Part shown: in pieces, positions 48,268 to 61,800 of the stretch | Layout of the letters: every line of letters starts with the position of its first letter | How positions within the stretch are numbered: the first letter of the stretch is position 1 | NCBI RefSeq assembly: GCF_009914755.1 | Contig: NC_060938.1 | Source of the DNA: the human T2T-CHM13v2.0 reference genome, Homo sapiens | Direction: 5' to 3' (one strand) | DNA: 64,000 nt | Position numbers and translations under genes: made by a program | The notes under the pieces: model-generated | Told to the model about the DNA's origin: nothing | The model's database searches: none | The model's input: only the letters and a program-made list of their open reading frames with translations

Positions 48268-49109
48268 CAAAAATTCTGTTCAGAATTGTTTTTTGGCTTC
48301 ATAGTTATTTTTAGGAGAATGTTTCATGAGCTTTTGAGAAGATTGTGAGTTTTGTTTTTGTGTAGAGTGTTCTGTATGCATCTGTTATATCTAATTGCTT
48401 TACAGTATTTTCATGTCGTCTGTTTACTTTTTAATATTCTATCTGGCTTTTTTATTAATTACAGAACTGGTGTATTAAAATATTATACTTTTAATATATT
48501 GCCGTTTTTGCTTATGTTCTGTCAAGATATTATTGATATATTTAAAAATACTCATGTAAGGTGCATACATATTTGTGTGTATACATAATTAGATATATAC
48601 ACACAATTATATAAATGTGTATAATTGTCATAGGTTTCCAGTGAATAAACCCTTTTATTATTTTGTCCTTTGTTTTTCTGACAATTTGATTTCATAATAT
48701 ATTTTATAAACTAAGACAGTTATTTAAAAAGCATTTTGCATACTATAATTGTGACATTGTCCTCATTTGGTTATGATTTGCATAATTTTTTGGATGCATC
48801 TTGCCACATTTAGTCTTTTTTTGTTACTATAGTGTAAGATGGCTCATATCTGTCATCCTAGCATTTTAAGAGATTGAGGTGGGAGGATCACGTGAAACCA
48901 GGAGTTTGAGACCAGCCTGGGAAACAAAGCAATACCAAGTCTCTAAAATAAATAAATAAATAAATTGAGTCCCTTTAGACAGATGTAGTTAGATTTTCTT
49001 TCTTTTTTTTTTTTAATTCCTATACTCAATTTATGACTTTTGGTTGAGAAGTTTAGTTTGTGAGTAGTTACATAATTTTCTGCATTTGAAGGAATTACTT
49101 TTGACACTT
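48268..49109 (-). mobile_element. Continuation of the old L1M remnant, containing a FLAM-like Alu monomer (+) at ~48840-48963
   Basis: ggagaatgtttcatgagcttttgagaaga...tagagtgttctgtatg is L1M-like text. ggctcatatctgtcatcctagca...ggagtttgagaccagcctggg is an Alu monomer with a (TAAA)n tail. Confidence 0.7.
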
Positions 49110-49629
49110 TGTGGAGTAAAATTTAAATATTAAATTTGAACTCAATTGAATCTGGACTCAAACAATGGTCACCAAGTCCTGGAACAGGTTGTGTGAGCCC
49201 CTTGAGGCTTTCATCCAGCGCTGTTTCGGATAAATCTCTATTTCAATTTATTCCTATATGTTAGTTACTGAAAAACAACAGACAATCACAAAAAACAAGT
49301 TGACCTTTTTCTTTTCCTTGAGCCCAGAAATGAAGGGCCCTCCTGACTGGACGTCATGCCAGATAACTCATTACAAAAAGAGCTAGGGTTCCAGACTGTG
49401 CCAAAACTTCATGAGATCTCTTCTCATCTGTTCACGGACAAGTGGCCAACTCTGGAGCCCAGTCTGTTGCTTCGCAGTCTGGTGGTGAATCCTCCATAGT
49501 CTGATGAGTGTAAATATATATATCTCTTTTCCCTTCTCTCCGTCCCATTGCAAATTGCTTATTATATCATTTGCTTATTATATCTGCATTGCCATTTATG
49601 TGGGATACAGTTTGTTTACCCTTAAAGGT

Positions 49630-49680
<51 letters not shown>

Positions 49681-49715
49681 TTCCTTCTCTCCTTGAGCAT
49701 TTCCTGTGCAGAACA
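49110..49715 (+). mobile_element. Complete 5' LTR (~606 bp, LTR66-like), TG...CA
   Basis: TGTGGAGTAAAA...GCAGAACA, followed by a PBS. It contains (TG)n at ~49632-49677. Confidence 0.88.
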
Positions 49716-49719
49716 TTTT

Positions 49720-49742
49720 TGGCTTCACGAACAGGATCCGAA
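49720..49742 (+). promoter_or_regulatory. Primer-binding site complementary to the tRNA-Ser(CGA) 3' end
   Basis: TGGCTTCACGAACAGGATCCGAA versus TGGCGTCACGAACAGGATTCGAA (reverse complement of the recalled tRNA-Ser-CGA 3' end plus CCA), 21/23 identical. It lies 4 nt after the LTR. Confidence 0.8.
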
Positions 49743-51439
49743 AGCAAAAGCATGCCATTTTTTGGTGCAGGGACCAGACTGGGAGCTCAGGGACTTTCCA
49801 TATCTTCAGATGGGAACTCCCCTAGTTCTTCCCCTTGGCCATTCAGTGGTCCAAGGGAGCTGGCGTTTGTGAAAATAGGCAATCTAAGTTAGTGCATTTT
49901 GAATCATTGGCTGTGTGTGAGGAGGTGCAGGGAATCCCAGTTGGTAAATGGGATGCTGAGGGAATTTCCCGGCATGGATGGTGCTTGCTTACTGCTTATA
50001 AGTTAATGTGTCAAGATAGGAATCAGCTGCTACAACAGAAATGTAAGCCAGAAAAGAAAATGCTAATCAGACTTCCAGGCTGGCCCTGGCCCATGGCCAG
50101 GCCTATGTCTTGACTGATCAGCCTCAAAGTTATCAGCCTATTGCTGAAAAAAGCAGCTTCCTGAGTGGCCCAGTCAGGGTAAAACTGAAGAACTAGTCAG
50201 CTGGGGCTTGGATCCGGTAAAAACCCAAATCCTATCTCAAGGATGGGAAGTTAACCCTAGTAAAATTCAAGGACCTGCACAAACTGTAAAGTTCCTTGGC
50301 ATCCTATGGAATGCAGGGAAACAGTCCATTTTACCAAAGGCTAAGGCTAAAATACTAGAATTTGCAGCCCTACCACTGAAAAGGAGGTCCAAAATTGTAT
50401 TGGTTTGTTTGGATTCTGGAGACATCATATTCCCCACTTGGGTAACATTTTACAACCTCTGCATGCGGTCACTAGAAAACGCTATGACTTTCACTGAAGA
50501 CAGAAAGTGAGCGTGGCTTTTCAACCAGCCAAACAAGCAGAGCAACAGTATGGCCCTTACAGGATGGGCCAGTAGAACTGCAAGTAACTGTCCTAGATCA
50601 ACACGCTCATTGGGGCCTTAGGTAGAAACAAGATGGGAAGAGATACCTTTGGGGTTTTAGACCCAGAAGCTGTCAGAGGCTAGCAAAGCTTATACTCTTT
50701 GAGAAGCAGCTGTTGACCTGCTACTGGGCTTTACAGGAAACAGAACACCTTTGTCTTAATCATGATGTTTTTATGAGGCCCCAAATTCCTAATATGACTT
50801 GGGTCATGAGCTCCCTCAAACCTCATTGGATAGGGTACACTCAAGAAAGTAAATGGAAATGGCACATACAAGACCAGGCTAAGCCGGAACCAAAACAGGT
50901 ATCATTTTTAAATGAGGATGTGCAAAACTTGCCAGCTCAGCAAACCACTGAGCAAGTCCTGCAGATAGGGAAGGAAACCTCCCCTGCCCAATGGGGCAAA
51001 TCCTTTAAAGAACCAAGCCCAGACGATCAGAGACATGCTTGGTTTGCTGATGATTCCACCAAATATATTGATGGGACCCGATGCTGGGAGGCCGTGTCTT
51101 ATAATCCTGTTAAAAACATAAGCATTTCTGAGGAAGGGAGGGGTGTTAGCAGCCAGCTGGCTGAACTAGAATCTGTTCTCTGAACTATTCAGGAGGAGGC
51201 CAGAGGGATTTGTTACTTGTATACCTACTCTTGCTTAGCAGAAAATGGTCTTACTACCTAGTTGCCCGAATGGCAATGAAACAAATGGTGAATTACGAAT
51301 AAAGAGGTTTGGAGAAAACAATACTAGGAAGATATCTGAATCCTGGTGCACACTACCATTATTGCTGTTTTCCAGATTGATGCTCATGCATCTCTGCTTT
51401 CTCTTGACAGACTATTCCATCAGCAGGTAGATCAACAGG
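49743..51439 (+). mobile_element. Class III ERV internal region (gag remnant, RT C-terminus, RNaseH), 3'-truncated
   Basis: ORFs GWEVNPSKIQGPAQTVKFLGILW and ...HAWFADDSTKY...SSQLAEL (RNaseH). Colinear with the reverse complement of ~23685-25315. Confidence 0.88.
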
Positions 51440-54048
51440 TGTGAGATTCGGAACCTTAACATTGGGCTGTGTTCATGTGAAAAGATGACAATTTTTGCTC
51501 TTGGCTCAGTGTACATATGAGTATCACAATCTCACCTTTGTTCTGGGCCCTAGCAGGACACTCTCTTCACCATATGAAGCCTTTATAGAGTATGCATGAG
51601 TGTAACAATTCTCTCTGAAACCTTAAGCAGGCACGGACCCCTCCTTGTACCTTTAGCTTTAAGCCCTGGTATGACAGTCAACATCTTTCTACTTGGATGG
51701 GTCCAAATAAGAGTTCTTAACTGCCTATGAGCTGCGTTTAAAAATGAGTCACCATCCCACCTGTGGCTGGATGTTCACATATGAAAGTCAGAATCCCAGT
51801 TGTGGACTATGTCTGCATGTGTAATTCAGGACCTCAAGAGTGGGCTCTCTCCACGTGTGATAGAGACCATCCTGAATATTGGTGTGGTGTGCATCTGAGA
51901 AGTATAATCTCACCAGTGTGGCGAGCCCTGTGGTGACAATTTCTCTACCATAGTTTACACAATATGCAAGACAGTGGTACTCCTCCGTGTGACGTATCAC
52001 TGGGTCTTGCACACAGGTAATGTGAGTCTCCTCTCCTGCCTTGGAATGCTCACAGGAGGCATTGGGACATACCACTGAACCTGATATTCAGGTTATGTGC
52101 CTGTCTTTCCTGTGCTCTGTCCATGGGCGTTTGTGACATATTTCTGGGTCCAAAACACAGGCGACATAGCTCTCCTGTCTGGATCCTGCCTAGAGAGGGC
52201 ATGGTGGCGTATCCCTGCACCAGCCACCAGATGATGTAACTCTACCTTCTGTCTAGTCCCTGCTTATAGGGTGAATTGTGACTTATCGCTAGGCGCAGCA
52301 TTTAGCTAATATGACTCTTCCCTTTTTTCAGGTTCTGCCCACGGGGAAGATTGTGACATATCGATGGGTAAAACACCAAAATGATTTTACTCTTTTGTCT
52401 TTGCTCTGTCCTTAGAAGGCATTGGGACATATTGCTGAACCAGCACCAAGGTAATGTAAGGGTCCTACCTGAACCCTGCCCACAGGGAGCATAGTGACAT
52501 ATCTCTGAGCCCATGAACTATTTGATGTGGCTCTATTCTCTTACCTGGACTTTGCCCATGAGAAAGACTGTGACGTATTTCTTGGTCCAGTGTTTAGGTA
52601 ATGTGATTCTCCTCTCCAGCCTGAGACATGCCCACAGAAGTAAGAGTGACATCTCTGGGCCTAGCCCACAGGTGATGTGACTCTTATCCCTTCTTTCTGC
52701 CCAGGGGAGTCATTGTGATGTATCTCTGAGACCATTATTAGAATGATGTGACTCTCCTGTTCTTACTGCGACCTGTCCACAGTGGGGATGATGATGTATC
52801 ACTTAGGCCAGCACATATGTGGTGAGATTCTTCTCATGCCTGTGCCCTGCCCCCTGGGCTAATTGTGACATATAACTGGGCCCCTCCCCTAGGTTATGCA
52901 ACATATCCCTGTGATAACACTCTTTGTACCATTTAAGGGCTTTATATAATATAAGAGAGAGTGGTATTCCTCTAAGACCCTCATACAAAGAGAAGATTTA
53001 GGACCTACCGATTTTCCAAAGCCTCACTAGGAAAAACAGCATTTCTCTTAGTGGCAGGTTTGAGGTATGAGAGTCATTATTACACCTGTGAGCTGGCCAA
53101 GATATATGTTTCAATCTCTCCTGTGGGTAGGGAGTGAGCAGGAGAGTCGCATCACCTGGATGCTTGGCCAGAGATCTGTCAATATCTCCCCTGATGGCAG
53201 GGACCAGGTAGGAGAGTCACATACCTAAGGCTGGGCCAGGGATATGTAACAATCTTTTATGAGGTCGGAGGCTAGGAAGGGAGTCCCATCACTTCTGTGC
53301 TCACCCAGGATATGTTACAATCCCCTCCTGAAATCAGAGTACAAGCAGCAGAGTCAAATCACCTGAATATTGAGCTCAGTGATATGTCACCACACTCCCT
53401 GTGGGTAAAGCCATGGCAGGAGAGACACATCACCTGATTACTGATTACTAGGCCCAGTGATATGTCAGAATCTTTCCTGTGGGCAAGGTGCAGGCAGAAA
53501 GGAGAGTCACATCATCTGGTGATGGAGGCAGAAATATGCTACAAGGCAGAAATATGCTCTGCCTCCCTGTGGGCAGAGTTCAGGCAGGAGCCCCCAATCT
53601 CCTAGGTGTTAAGTTCAGTGATATGTTACAATGCTCCCTGTGGGCAGCACAAGTCGAGAGAATAGAGCCACATCACCTACGTTCTAGGTCCAATGATATG
53701 TCCCAATTTTATTTGTGAGATGGTCTTAAACAGGAGAGTCTACTCACTCAGGTGCTGGACAAATGTGTATGTTTGTCACAATGACACCTGCAGGAAGTTC
53801 TAGACATGGGATGAATCCCGCACATATTCTGGTTTTAGGCATGAGAGTGAACACCTTCTGTAAGTTCGATCTAAGTACACAAGTCACTATCTCAATAGTG
53901 GACTAAATTTGTGCATGGCAGCCCCATTTTCTCTTGCAGACTTTCTCCCCTAATTGAAATCACGGCTTCACAGGTGTGCCGACTCATGATATGAGAGTCA
54001 TCAACATATCTGTGACTCTCACATATGAGAGTCAGTTTTTCAACTTTT

Positions 54049-55160
54049 TTTATTGTACTTTAAGTTTTAGGGTACATGTGCATAACGTGCAGGTTTGTTA
54101 CATATGTATACATGTGCCATGTTGCTGTGCTGCTCCTATTATCTCCTCATTTACATTAGGTATATCTCCTAATGTTATCCCTTCCCCCTCCCCCATCCCA
54201 CAACAGGCCCCGGTGTGTGATGTTCTCCTTCCCGTGTCCAAGTGTTCTCATTGTTCAGTTCCCACCTAGGAGTGAGAACATGCCATGTTTGGTTTTTTGT
54301 TCTTGCGATAGTTTGCTGAGAATGATGATTTCCAGCTTCATCCATGTCCTTACAAAGGACATGAACTCATCATTTTTTATGGTTGCATAGTATTCCATGG
54401 TGTATATGTGCCACATTTTCTTAATCCAATCTATGATTATTGGACATTTGGGTTGGTTCCAAGTCTTTGCTATTGTGAATAATGCCACAATGAACACACG
54501 TGTGCATGTGTCTTTATAGCAGCACAGCATGGTACTGGTACCAAATCAGAGTACGTGGTACTGGTACCAAATGGAGCAGAACAGAGCCCTCAGAAATAGT
54601 GCCACACATCTGCAACTATCTGATCTTTGACAAACCTGACAAAAACAAGAAATGGGGAAAGGATTCCCTATTTAATAAATGGTGCTGGGAAAACTGGCTA
54701 GCCATATGTAGAAAGCTGAAAATGGATCCCTTCCTTACACGTTACACAAAAATTAATTCAAGATGGATTAAAGACTTAAATGTTAGACCTAAAACCATAA
54801 AATCCCTAGAAGAAAACCTAGGCAATACCATTCAGGACATAGGCATGGGCAAGGACTTCATGTCTAAAACACCAAAAGCAATGGCGACAAAAGCCACAAT
54901 TGACAAATGGTATCTAATTAAACTAAAGAGCTTCTGCACAGAAAAAGAAACTACCATCAGAGTGAACAGGCAACCTACAGAATGGTAGAAAATTTTTTCA
55001 ATCTACTCATCTGACAAAGGGCTAATACCCAGAATCTACAAAGAACTCAAACAAGTTTATAAGAAAAAAGCAAACAAACCCATCAACAAGTGGGCGAGGA
55101 TATGAACAGACAGTTCTCAAAAGAAGATATGTATACAGCCAAAAGACACATAAAAAAGGC
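54049..55160 (-). mobile_element. 5'-truncated, 5'-inverted (twin-primed) L1PA5-like insertion
   Basis: Antisense L1 3' end at 54049-~54520 and a sense ORF2 piece at ~54524-55160. TSD tcagtttttcaactttt at 54032-54048 and 55161-55177. Confidence 0.93.
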
Positions 55161-58081
55161 TCAGTTTTTCAACTTTTGAAACTGCCTTTGGGTATGGGAT
55201 TCAGAGCCTCAAAAGTGAACTATGATCATGTGAAAGAATGACAATCTTTAATGTTGGCTGGGTGTGCATCCCAATGTCATTATATTACTGTGTGCTGAGC
55301 CCTATTAGGAGTTTCTGTGTTGCACCTGAGGGCTTTATATGGTATGCATGACAGTCTCAATTCTTTCAGAGATTTTCATGCTGGTATGGACCCAGGATCA
55401 AACCTGTGGCCCTAAGCCTATATATGAGTCAACATCTTTACAATTGGCGGGGTCCAGATAAGAGAATCATCACCTTTCTATGCGGTGGGTTTATAACGAA
55501 GTTCCCATTCCAACTGTGGCCAGATCTTTACATATGAGATTCGCAATTCCAACTATAAACTGCATTCATGTGTGAAATTCAGGACCCCACAAGTGGGTTC
55601 TGTTTATATGTGAGGGTGAAAATCATAATGGCCAGGAGGGTGCAGGGTGCGCATAGGAGTAACAAATTTCACCTGTGTGCTGGGCCCTGTGATAAGACTC
55701 TCTACCACCCGAGGGCTTTCTGTAATATGTGAGAGAGTGGATGATCTTAACGAGGAGACCCAGGGATTTTTTTTTTTTCATTTCCCTAAGTGTCGGTAGG
55801 AGAAGCAGGATCTCTCCTATTGGCTGGTGTGACATATGAAAGTCATCATTGCACCTGTGTGTTGTGTTCCAAGATATAAGTCACAATTACACCTTCATAT
55901 AGGAAGAGAGCAGGAGAGTAAAATCAGTTGGACGCTGGGCCAGGGATATGTCGCTTCCCTGAGAACAGGGACCAGGGAACAGAGACACATTACCTGAATG
56001 CTCAGGCATGGGTATGTAGCAATCCACTCCTTAAATTAGGAACCAGGCAGCAGAGTCACATCACCTGGGTGCTGGATCTAGCAATATGTTACAATCCTCT
56101 CTGTGGTCAGGATGCAGGTAGGAGAGTCACATCTCCTTGGTGATGAATGCAGAAAAACGTCACAAGTTTCTCTGTGCATAAGGTAGAGGAATAAGCCTTT
56201 TATCCCCTAAGTGTTGGGCCCGGGGATATGTCACAATACCCAAAATATGCAAACCCAGGCAAAAGAGAACAGTCACATCACCTTGGTGGTAGGGTCACTG
56301 ATATGTCACAATCCCCTCTTTTGGAAGGGCCCAGATAAGAGTGGAGAGTCACATAGCCTAGGCAATGAATAGAAAGGTATGTCATAATACCCCTGTTGGC
56401 AAGACCTATGCAGAAGAGTCACATCACCTATGTGTTCAACCCAGATATATGTTACTGTACACCATGTATGCAGGGCCCAGGCAAGAGAAAAGGCCACATC
56501 ACCTCGGTTCTGGGCCCAGCAATATATCACAATACCCCCTAAGAGGAGGTAACAGACAGGAGAGTCACATCACCTAGGTCTGAGGAGCAGAGCTATATGG
56601 TAATGCCCTGTGTGTGTGCACCCCAAAATAGAGGAGAGTTACATCACCTGAAGACTGTACCCAGCTATGTCACAATGACCCCTGTGGGCAGCACCCAGGC
56701 ATGAGAAGAGAGCACCATCATGTAGGTGCTGTGCCAGGCTGTATTTCACAATCTCCACTATGGATAGGTTTCAGGGAGAAGAGGACCGTCACATCATCTA
56801 GTTGATGAGTCTGGAGATATGTCAAAATGAACCCTCTGAAGAGACCAGGATGCAGAATCACATGATCTGTGTGCTGGGTCTAGGAATAACCCATTCTCCC
56901 TTCTGTAAACATGGCCACGCAGAAGATGAGGGTCACATATTTAAGGTGATGAACGCGGAAATATTTCACAAGTCTCCCTGTAGGCAAGACCCAGACAGGA
57001 GATTCCCTTCCCTCAGTTGTTGGGACCAGAAATACATCACAATGTGGGGCTCAAGCAGAAAAACTAAAGAAACATCACCTATTTTCTGAGCTCAGAATTA
57101 GTCACAATCTCTCCTATAGGCAAAGCCTTTGTTAAAAAAGAAGAGTTTTATCAAATAGTTGATGGGCTCAGAGATATGTCCCAATGCCATATGTTACAAA
57201 TTGCTGTAGGCAGGCTTCAGGCAGGAGATGGGCCTAATAATGTGTCACAGTGCTTTCTGCTTGCAGGGCAAAGTCAACAGAGTAATGTCACCTCGAAGTT
57301 GGACCCACCAATGTATTACAGTCTCCTTCCAAACAAATCCTATAAAACAAAAGAAGAGTAACATGAGGTAGGTGCTGGGCACAGTGATATGTCACAATCC
57401 TTTCTTTAAGCAGGGACTAGGCAGGAGAAGAAAATCACACCACATGGGTGATGGGCTCATAGATATTTCACAATGTCCCCTTAGGCAAAGCTCAGGAAGG
57501 AGAGGTAGATCATCTAGGTTTTGTATGCAACAGTATGTCACAATGGCCATTGTGGCCTGGGCACCGGCAGAAGAGTCACATAACATGGATGTGAGACCCA
57601 GCAATACATCACAACGCCCCGGTGAGTAGCACTAATGCAAGACAGAAAACTTACATTACCTAGGTGCAAGGCCAAGTGATATGTCCCAATGTCCCCTGTG
57701 GGCAGCACCAAGGCAGGAGGTAAGAGTCACATAACCTAGGTGCTGGCTTCAGTGATATATCAGAATCCCATCTGTGAGCTGGGCACAGGAAACAGAGCTA
57801 AAATACTCGGGAGCTGGGCAGAGATGTATGTCACAATCCCACCTGCAGAAAGCGACAGGGATGAGATGAACAACTCCACACATGTCCGGATTCCAGGTAT
57901 GAGAATTTGCATGTTGGGCCTAAGTACACCAGTCTCAATCTCAACAGTGAACTGGATTCATAAATGTGTCTTCTCTGGCTGACCGTGTCCCCTTAGGAGA
58001 GTTACAGTCTCACAGATGTAATGAATTTTGGTTTGAGAGTCACCCACCTACCTGTGGACAAGATCCATATATGAGAGTCAA

Positions 58082-58099
58082 TTTTCTTTTTTTTCTTTC

Positions 58100-58163
<64 letters not shown>

Positions 58164-58214
58164 TTCTTTTCTTTCTCCCTTTCTTTTCCTTCCTTCCTTC
58201 TTTCTTTCTCTTTT

Positions 58215-58267
<53 letters not shown>

Positions 58268-58290
58268 TTTGCTTTCTTTTTTTTTTTTTT
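58082..58290. repeat. (TTTC)n / pyrimidine tract, expanded Alu tail
   Basis: About 200 bp of near-pure C/T tetranucleotide repeat abutting the minus-strand Alu poly-T. Confidence 0.93.
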
Positions 58291-58896
58291 CTCCCTTGAG
58301 ATGGAGTCTCACTCTATTGCCAGGCTGGAGTGCAGTGGGACGATCTCGGTTCTCTGCAACCTCTGCCTCCTGGGTTCAAGCGACTCTCCTGCCTCAGCTT
58401 CCTGAGTAGCTGGGATTGCAGGTACATGCCACCATGCCCAGCTAATTTTTGTATTTTTAGTAGAGATGGGGTTGCCAGGCACAGTGTTCCATGCCCGTAA
58501 TCCCAGAACTTTGAGAGGTCGAAGTGGGTGGATCAGTTGAAGTCAGGAGTTTGACACCAGTCTAATCAATATGGTGAAACCCCGTCTCTACCAAAAATAT
58601 AAAAATTAACTGGGCATGGTGACATGAGCCTGTAGTCCCAGCTACTCGGGAAGCTGAGACAAGAGAATTGTTTGAACCTGGGAGGCGGAGGTTACAGTAA
58701 GACTAGATGGTGCCACTGCACTCCAGTCTGGGTGACAGAGCAAGATTCTGTCTCAAAATAATAATAATAAATAAATAGTAGAGAGGCGGGGTTTCACCAC
58801 GTTGGCCAGGATGGTCTTGATCTCCTGACCTCGTGATCCACCCGCCTCGGCCTCCCAAAGTGCTGCGATTACAGGCCTGATCCACCGCACCCGGCC
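58291..58896 (-). mobile_element. AluSc-like element (minus), split by a nested plus-strand Alu
   Basis: 58297-58473 and 58776-58896 form one colinear antisense Alu. Confidence 0.9.
58474..58775 (+). mobile_element. AluSx-like element inserted in the host Alu in the opposite orientation
   Basis: gccaggcacagtg...ctgtctcaaaataataat. Flanking imperfect TSD tagtagagatggggtt / tagtagagaggcggggtt. Confidence 0.9.
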
Positions 58897-61800
58897 GGTT
58901 GTGCTCATTTTTGAGGATAACTTTTATTGTCACCAGAGTGTGCATGAGTGTTAGAATCTCACCTGTTTGCTGGGCCCTGTTAGGACACTATGTACCTCCT
59001 ATGGGCTTTGTAGAGTATGCATTAAACATAATACACTCTGAGGTCTTCATGCTGATATGAACCTATGATCATACCTGTGGCCATAAGCCCAGGTATGAGA
59101 GTCAACATCTCTCCAGCTGGCTGGATCCAGATAAGAGGATCTTTACTTGGCTGTAAACTGGGTTCAGAAATAAGTCACTATCCCCACTGTGACTGGATGT
59201 TCACATGTGATAGTTACAATTCCAACTGTGGACGGCACTCAGGTATGAGGTTTAGACCTCCCTAATCACCTCTGTTCCTGTGTAGGAATGACAATTCTCA
59301 TGATTGGTGGGTGTGCACACAGAGAACACAATCTCACCTGTGTTCTGGGCCCTGTGATGACACTGTACCATCTGAGTGCTTTACAGGATATGCAAGAGTG
59401 CTTATTTTCTCTGACCTTCATAGTAAGAGAAGACCCATAATTTTGCACATTTTGTAAAGCCTGGATATGAGACAAAGTATCTCTCCTATTGGTTGGTTTA
59501 AGGTATGAATGTCATCATCACACCTACATGCTAGGCCAAAATATATGTGACAATCTCACATTTGAGTAGTCAGCAAGCAGGAGGGTCTCATCACCTGGGT
59601 CATTGTCAGGGATATGTCACATTCTCCCCTGAGGACAGGGACAAGGCAAGAAAGTCACATCCCTAGGTATTCTGCCAGGGATATGTTCTTGTTCCCTCCT
59701 GAAAGCATGACACATGCAGCAGAGTCACCTCACCTGGGTTCTGGGTCCAGCGATATGTCACAATTTTCCCTGTGAGCAAGGCACAGGCAGGAGAAACACA
59801 TCACCTGTTTGCTGGGCCCAGAAATATGCTACAGTTTTTCTTGTGAGCAGGGTTCAGGCAGAAATGGGGGAATCACATTTTCTAGGTGATAAATGCAGAG
59901 CTATGTCACAAGGTCCCCAGTAGTCAGGGTCTTGGCAGAAGATTCCTATTGTCTAGGCGATTGGCCCAGTGATACAACACAATAGCTAAATTATGCAGGG
60001 CCCAAGGCAAAGAGGAGAGTTGCATCACCTAAGTGATGAACAAAAAGATATGTCATAATACCCAGGTGGAAATGGGCCATGCAGGTAAGTCACATTACCT
60101 AGGTGTTGGACCCAGTGATATGTCACAATACACAATATATGCAGGGCCCAGCCAAGAGGGGAGAGTCAAATCACCCAGGTGCTGGGCCCGATGATACATT
60201 GTAATCTGTCTTTGGTCAGAGCCCTAGCAGTAGAAGAAACTCACATCACCTCCATGCTGAGGTCAGCCATATGTCACAATAACCCTGAGAAATGAGCCCA
60301 GGAAAAGAGTCACATCATTTAAGTGAGAGGCCCATAGATATTTTCAATTCCTCCTGTGGGTAGTCCTCAGTAAAAAGACAGTCACATTAGTTAGAGTCTG
60401 TCCCCAGCGATGTGTAAGAATCCCAGCTGTGAACAGGCACCAGACAGGACAAGAGAGTCCCATCACCTGGGTGAACAGTGCACAGATATGTCACAATGAC
60501 CCCATGTAGGTAAAGTCTAGACAAGAGTTACATCACCTGGGTGTTGGACCCAGCAATATGTCACAATGGCTCATGTGGGCAAAGCACAGGACACAGTCAT
60601 ATAACAAAGTGCCAGGACCAGTGTTAGGTCAGGATACCCTTTATGGGCAGTGCCAAGACAGGAGATTAGAAGCATATTAATTAGATGCTGGATTCAAGGA
60701 TATATCACAATCTCATCTGTGGGCTACACCCAGGCAAAAAAGTCAAATCACTCAGGAGCTGGCTAGAGGTGTACGTCAGAATCACACCTGCAGGAAGGTC
60801 CATGGATGAGATTAACAATCCCTCATAAGTGCCAGTTCTGGATATGAGAGTGAACGCCTCCTGTATGTTGCATCTATGTGCATAAGTCACAATCTCAACG
60901 GAGGAATGGGTTTTTTCCATGAGAGCCTTAATCCCTTTTGAAAACTGAGTTATCTTAGTGGACTCACAGCCTCACAAGTGTTTTGGATCTTGGTCAGGGA
61001 GTCACAAACCCACTTAAGGACAACATCCACTTATTAGAGCCAATTTTCCAACTTTTGACTGCCTCTGGGTGTGAGTTTCAGAACCTCATTTATGTTCCAT
61101 GTTGGTGTGGGAGAATGACAATTTTGACAGATGGCTGGGCTCAGGCAGGAGCCTTTCATCCTGCAGGTGTTGAGACAAAGGATATGATACAACACCTAAA
61201 ATATGCTGGGTGCAGGCAAAAGAGGAGACTCATATTAGCTGGTTGCTAGGTCCAGTTATATGTCACCACCTCCCTTTTTGGCAGGGCTAAGGAAAAAGAG
61301 GAGAGTCAGAGCTAAAGAAATGTCATAATGTCCCTGCGGGTAGGACCTATACATGAGAGTTGCAACACCTAGTCATTGAACCCAGCCATATATTATAATA
61401 CACAATGTATACAAGGCCCAGGCAAGAAAGGAGAGAATATCACATAGGTACTGTGTCCAGCAATATGTCACCATACCCCCCAGAGGGGAGGCTCCAGGCA
61501 ACAGGATAACATTACCTAAGTGAAGTGCCCAGAGAGATGTTTCAATGACCCTGGTGGGTAGGATTTTGAAAAAAGAGAAGTTACAGAACCTAGGGGCTAG
61601 GCCTAGCTATGTGTCACATTCATCTCCAAGACGGAGCCCAGATATGAGAGAAAAGTCACATGATGTAGGTACTGGGCAAAGTAATATGTCACAATCCTTA
61701 TGTGAGCCGGCCATAGGAAGAAGTAGAGAGTCACATAGTCTAGATGATGGGCCCAGAGGCATTTGACAATGACTCCTGTAGGTAGGGACCAGGCAGAAGA

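Noticed and set aside
57966-58409. 147-aa Phe/Leu/Ser and 90-aa Lys/Glu/Arg ORFs
   Set aside because: These are translations of (TTTC)n plus Alu.
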